From: Macrostomum lignano
Lineage: Eukaryota
Direction of reading: 5' to 3'
Assembly: GCA_002269645.1 (NCBI GenBank)
Contig: NIVC01000282.1
Coordinates: forward strand, 496,001 to 560,000
DNA length: 64,000 bases
In this document: piece by piece, positions 62,738-64,000 of the stretch
How positions within the stretch are numbered: position 1 is the first letter of the stretch
Layout: every line of letters starts with the position of its first letter
Notes under the pieces: generated by a model
The model's input: the letters and a program-made list of their open reading frames with translations, nothing else
What the model was told of the DNA's origin: nothing
The model's database searches: none
Program-made: the position numbers and the translations under genes

Positions 62738-63357
62738 GGGTCACTCTAATTTGAGGGGACGAGGGGACGAGGGGAGGAGGGGACGAGGGGACGAGGGGAC
62801 GAGGGGACGAGGGGATGAGGGACGAGGGGACGAGGGGACGAGGGGACGAGGGGACGAGGGGACGATTAATTTCTAAATTTAGATTATGAAATATAACAAT
62901 CGCAACAATCAAAATATACCTTAAGTTCGAAAATCGTTTGTACTGCTTCTGCTGTAAAAGAAATAAATTCCAAAGTAAAATTGATTCTGCCTAAACTCCG
63001 AGGTAGAGTAAAAAGTTCAGAATGAGTTGGAAATACACTTGGATATAAACGTGACATCAAATGCAACGTATTCGGATAATATGTGCAAAGGCCCAGAGCT
63101 AGCGCTCGTGCCCGCGCCGCTCGCGCTAAAATTGCTACCAAAATCAAAACGGCATATAAATTATCGCTTAGATTAAAAATAAAAAATTTTGTATAATACA
63201 GTATTTGCATTAGCGTATTTCTTATTATTTATTCTGGTTATTTTGATTAATCAGCAGGAATGTAAGCTGGAAAGAAAAACGTTCTTTAAATTAGGCATCT
63301 TTTTTAGACGTCCCCTCGTCCCATCGTCCCATCGTCCCCTCAAATTAGAGTGACCCC
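62738..63357. mobile_element. MITE-like element, about 620 bp, with terminal inverted repeats and subterminal (GAGGGGAC)n
   Basis: GGGTCACTCTAATTTGAGGGGACGA at 62738 is the reverse complement of TCGTCCCCTCAAATTAGAGTGACCC ending at about 63356; the interior is AT-rich and non-coding. Confidence 0.65.
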
Positions 63358-64000
63358 AATTAAGTAATTTCTGATTCTGCAGTCTGAGAAAGTTAATAAT
63401 TTGCTTCGTTACTTCTTAGTAAAAAGTGACTAAAATGTTTAGATAAAATTTAACGTCAAACGTTTGACTAAATTTTATCAAAAAGCACTTTTATTTCGCT
63501 ACTTCTTTGTTATTCTTTAATGAGGCGCGATAATATCAAATAATCGTTTTCTAAGAACGCAAGAATAGAATGTAGCAAGATTATGAATTAATAGAATTTG
63601 ATAATCGCTGCGGTCTGACTTCTGAAATATTCTCATTCAAGAATTTTCAACCCTGCTCTGAATTAATGAATTAGCCTATCAAAAGTTGAGGATTTCGATT
63701 CATATTTTTCTAAGTTTGATTTATTAGCAACAATATTCAATAACCAATAATTCGCCATGTAGTTTTATAATTAATTATCAAAAACACTCAATGAATATTT
63801 TGTTTTCTACTGAGATCTAGGCCTAGTGTAATTCGTACGTAAAGTCCATTATTTTTTGTTTATTGAAAGTATTAAGCTAGACCTGAATCTAAGAGTAAAT
63901 TATTGAACTTACTCTTGCATCTTGCATCAATAAGATATCTAAATTGGGTTCTTTAAATATTGTATCTAATTTTGATCAAGAACTGTACTTAGTTTATCAT

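Overview
Eukaryotic (animal) genomic DNA with GC-rich exons and introns packed with minisatellites. The style and gene content suggest a free-living flatworm such as Macrostomum; this is inference, not database-checked. Host genes: a disabled MAGUK p55-type gene (PDZ-SH3-GUK, +, about 2.9-7.4 kb); a six-exon CEP192/SPD-2-like gene (+, 8417-14421); a two-exon rhodopsin-class peptide GPCR (-, 36938-39559); and an eight-exon CPT1 carnitine palmitoyltransferase (-, 47821-60175). CPT1 carries its catalytic His on a 26-nt micro-exon, and its introns host an intronless Cys-loop ion channel gene, a truncated Gypsy element and a CORE-type SINE. The most striking structure is at 18015-34564: three nearly identical, full-length 4.8-kb non-LTR retrotransposons (ORF1, then APE-RT-RNaseH-CCHC ORF2; R1/LOA-like). 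They lie head-to-tail, each at the same base of a 45-bp minisatellite with a 13-15 bp target-duplication geometry, a TAATG stop-start junction and a short (AGTA/AGT)n tail. This is a candidate minisatellite-targeting retrotransposon system. Also present: two tRNA-derived SINE families, an internally inverted APE-type LINE remnant, a MITE-like inverted repeat, a telomere-like intronic repeat and about 25 tandem repeat arrays.
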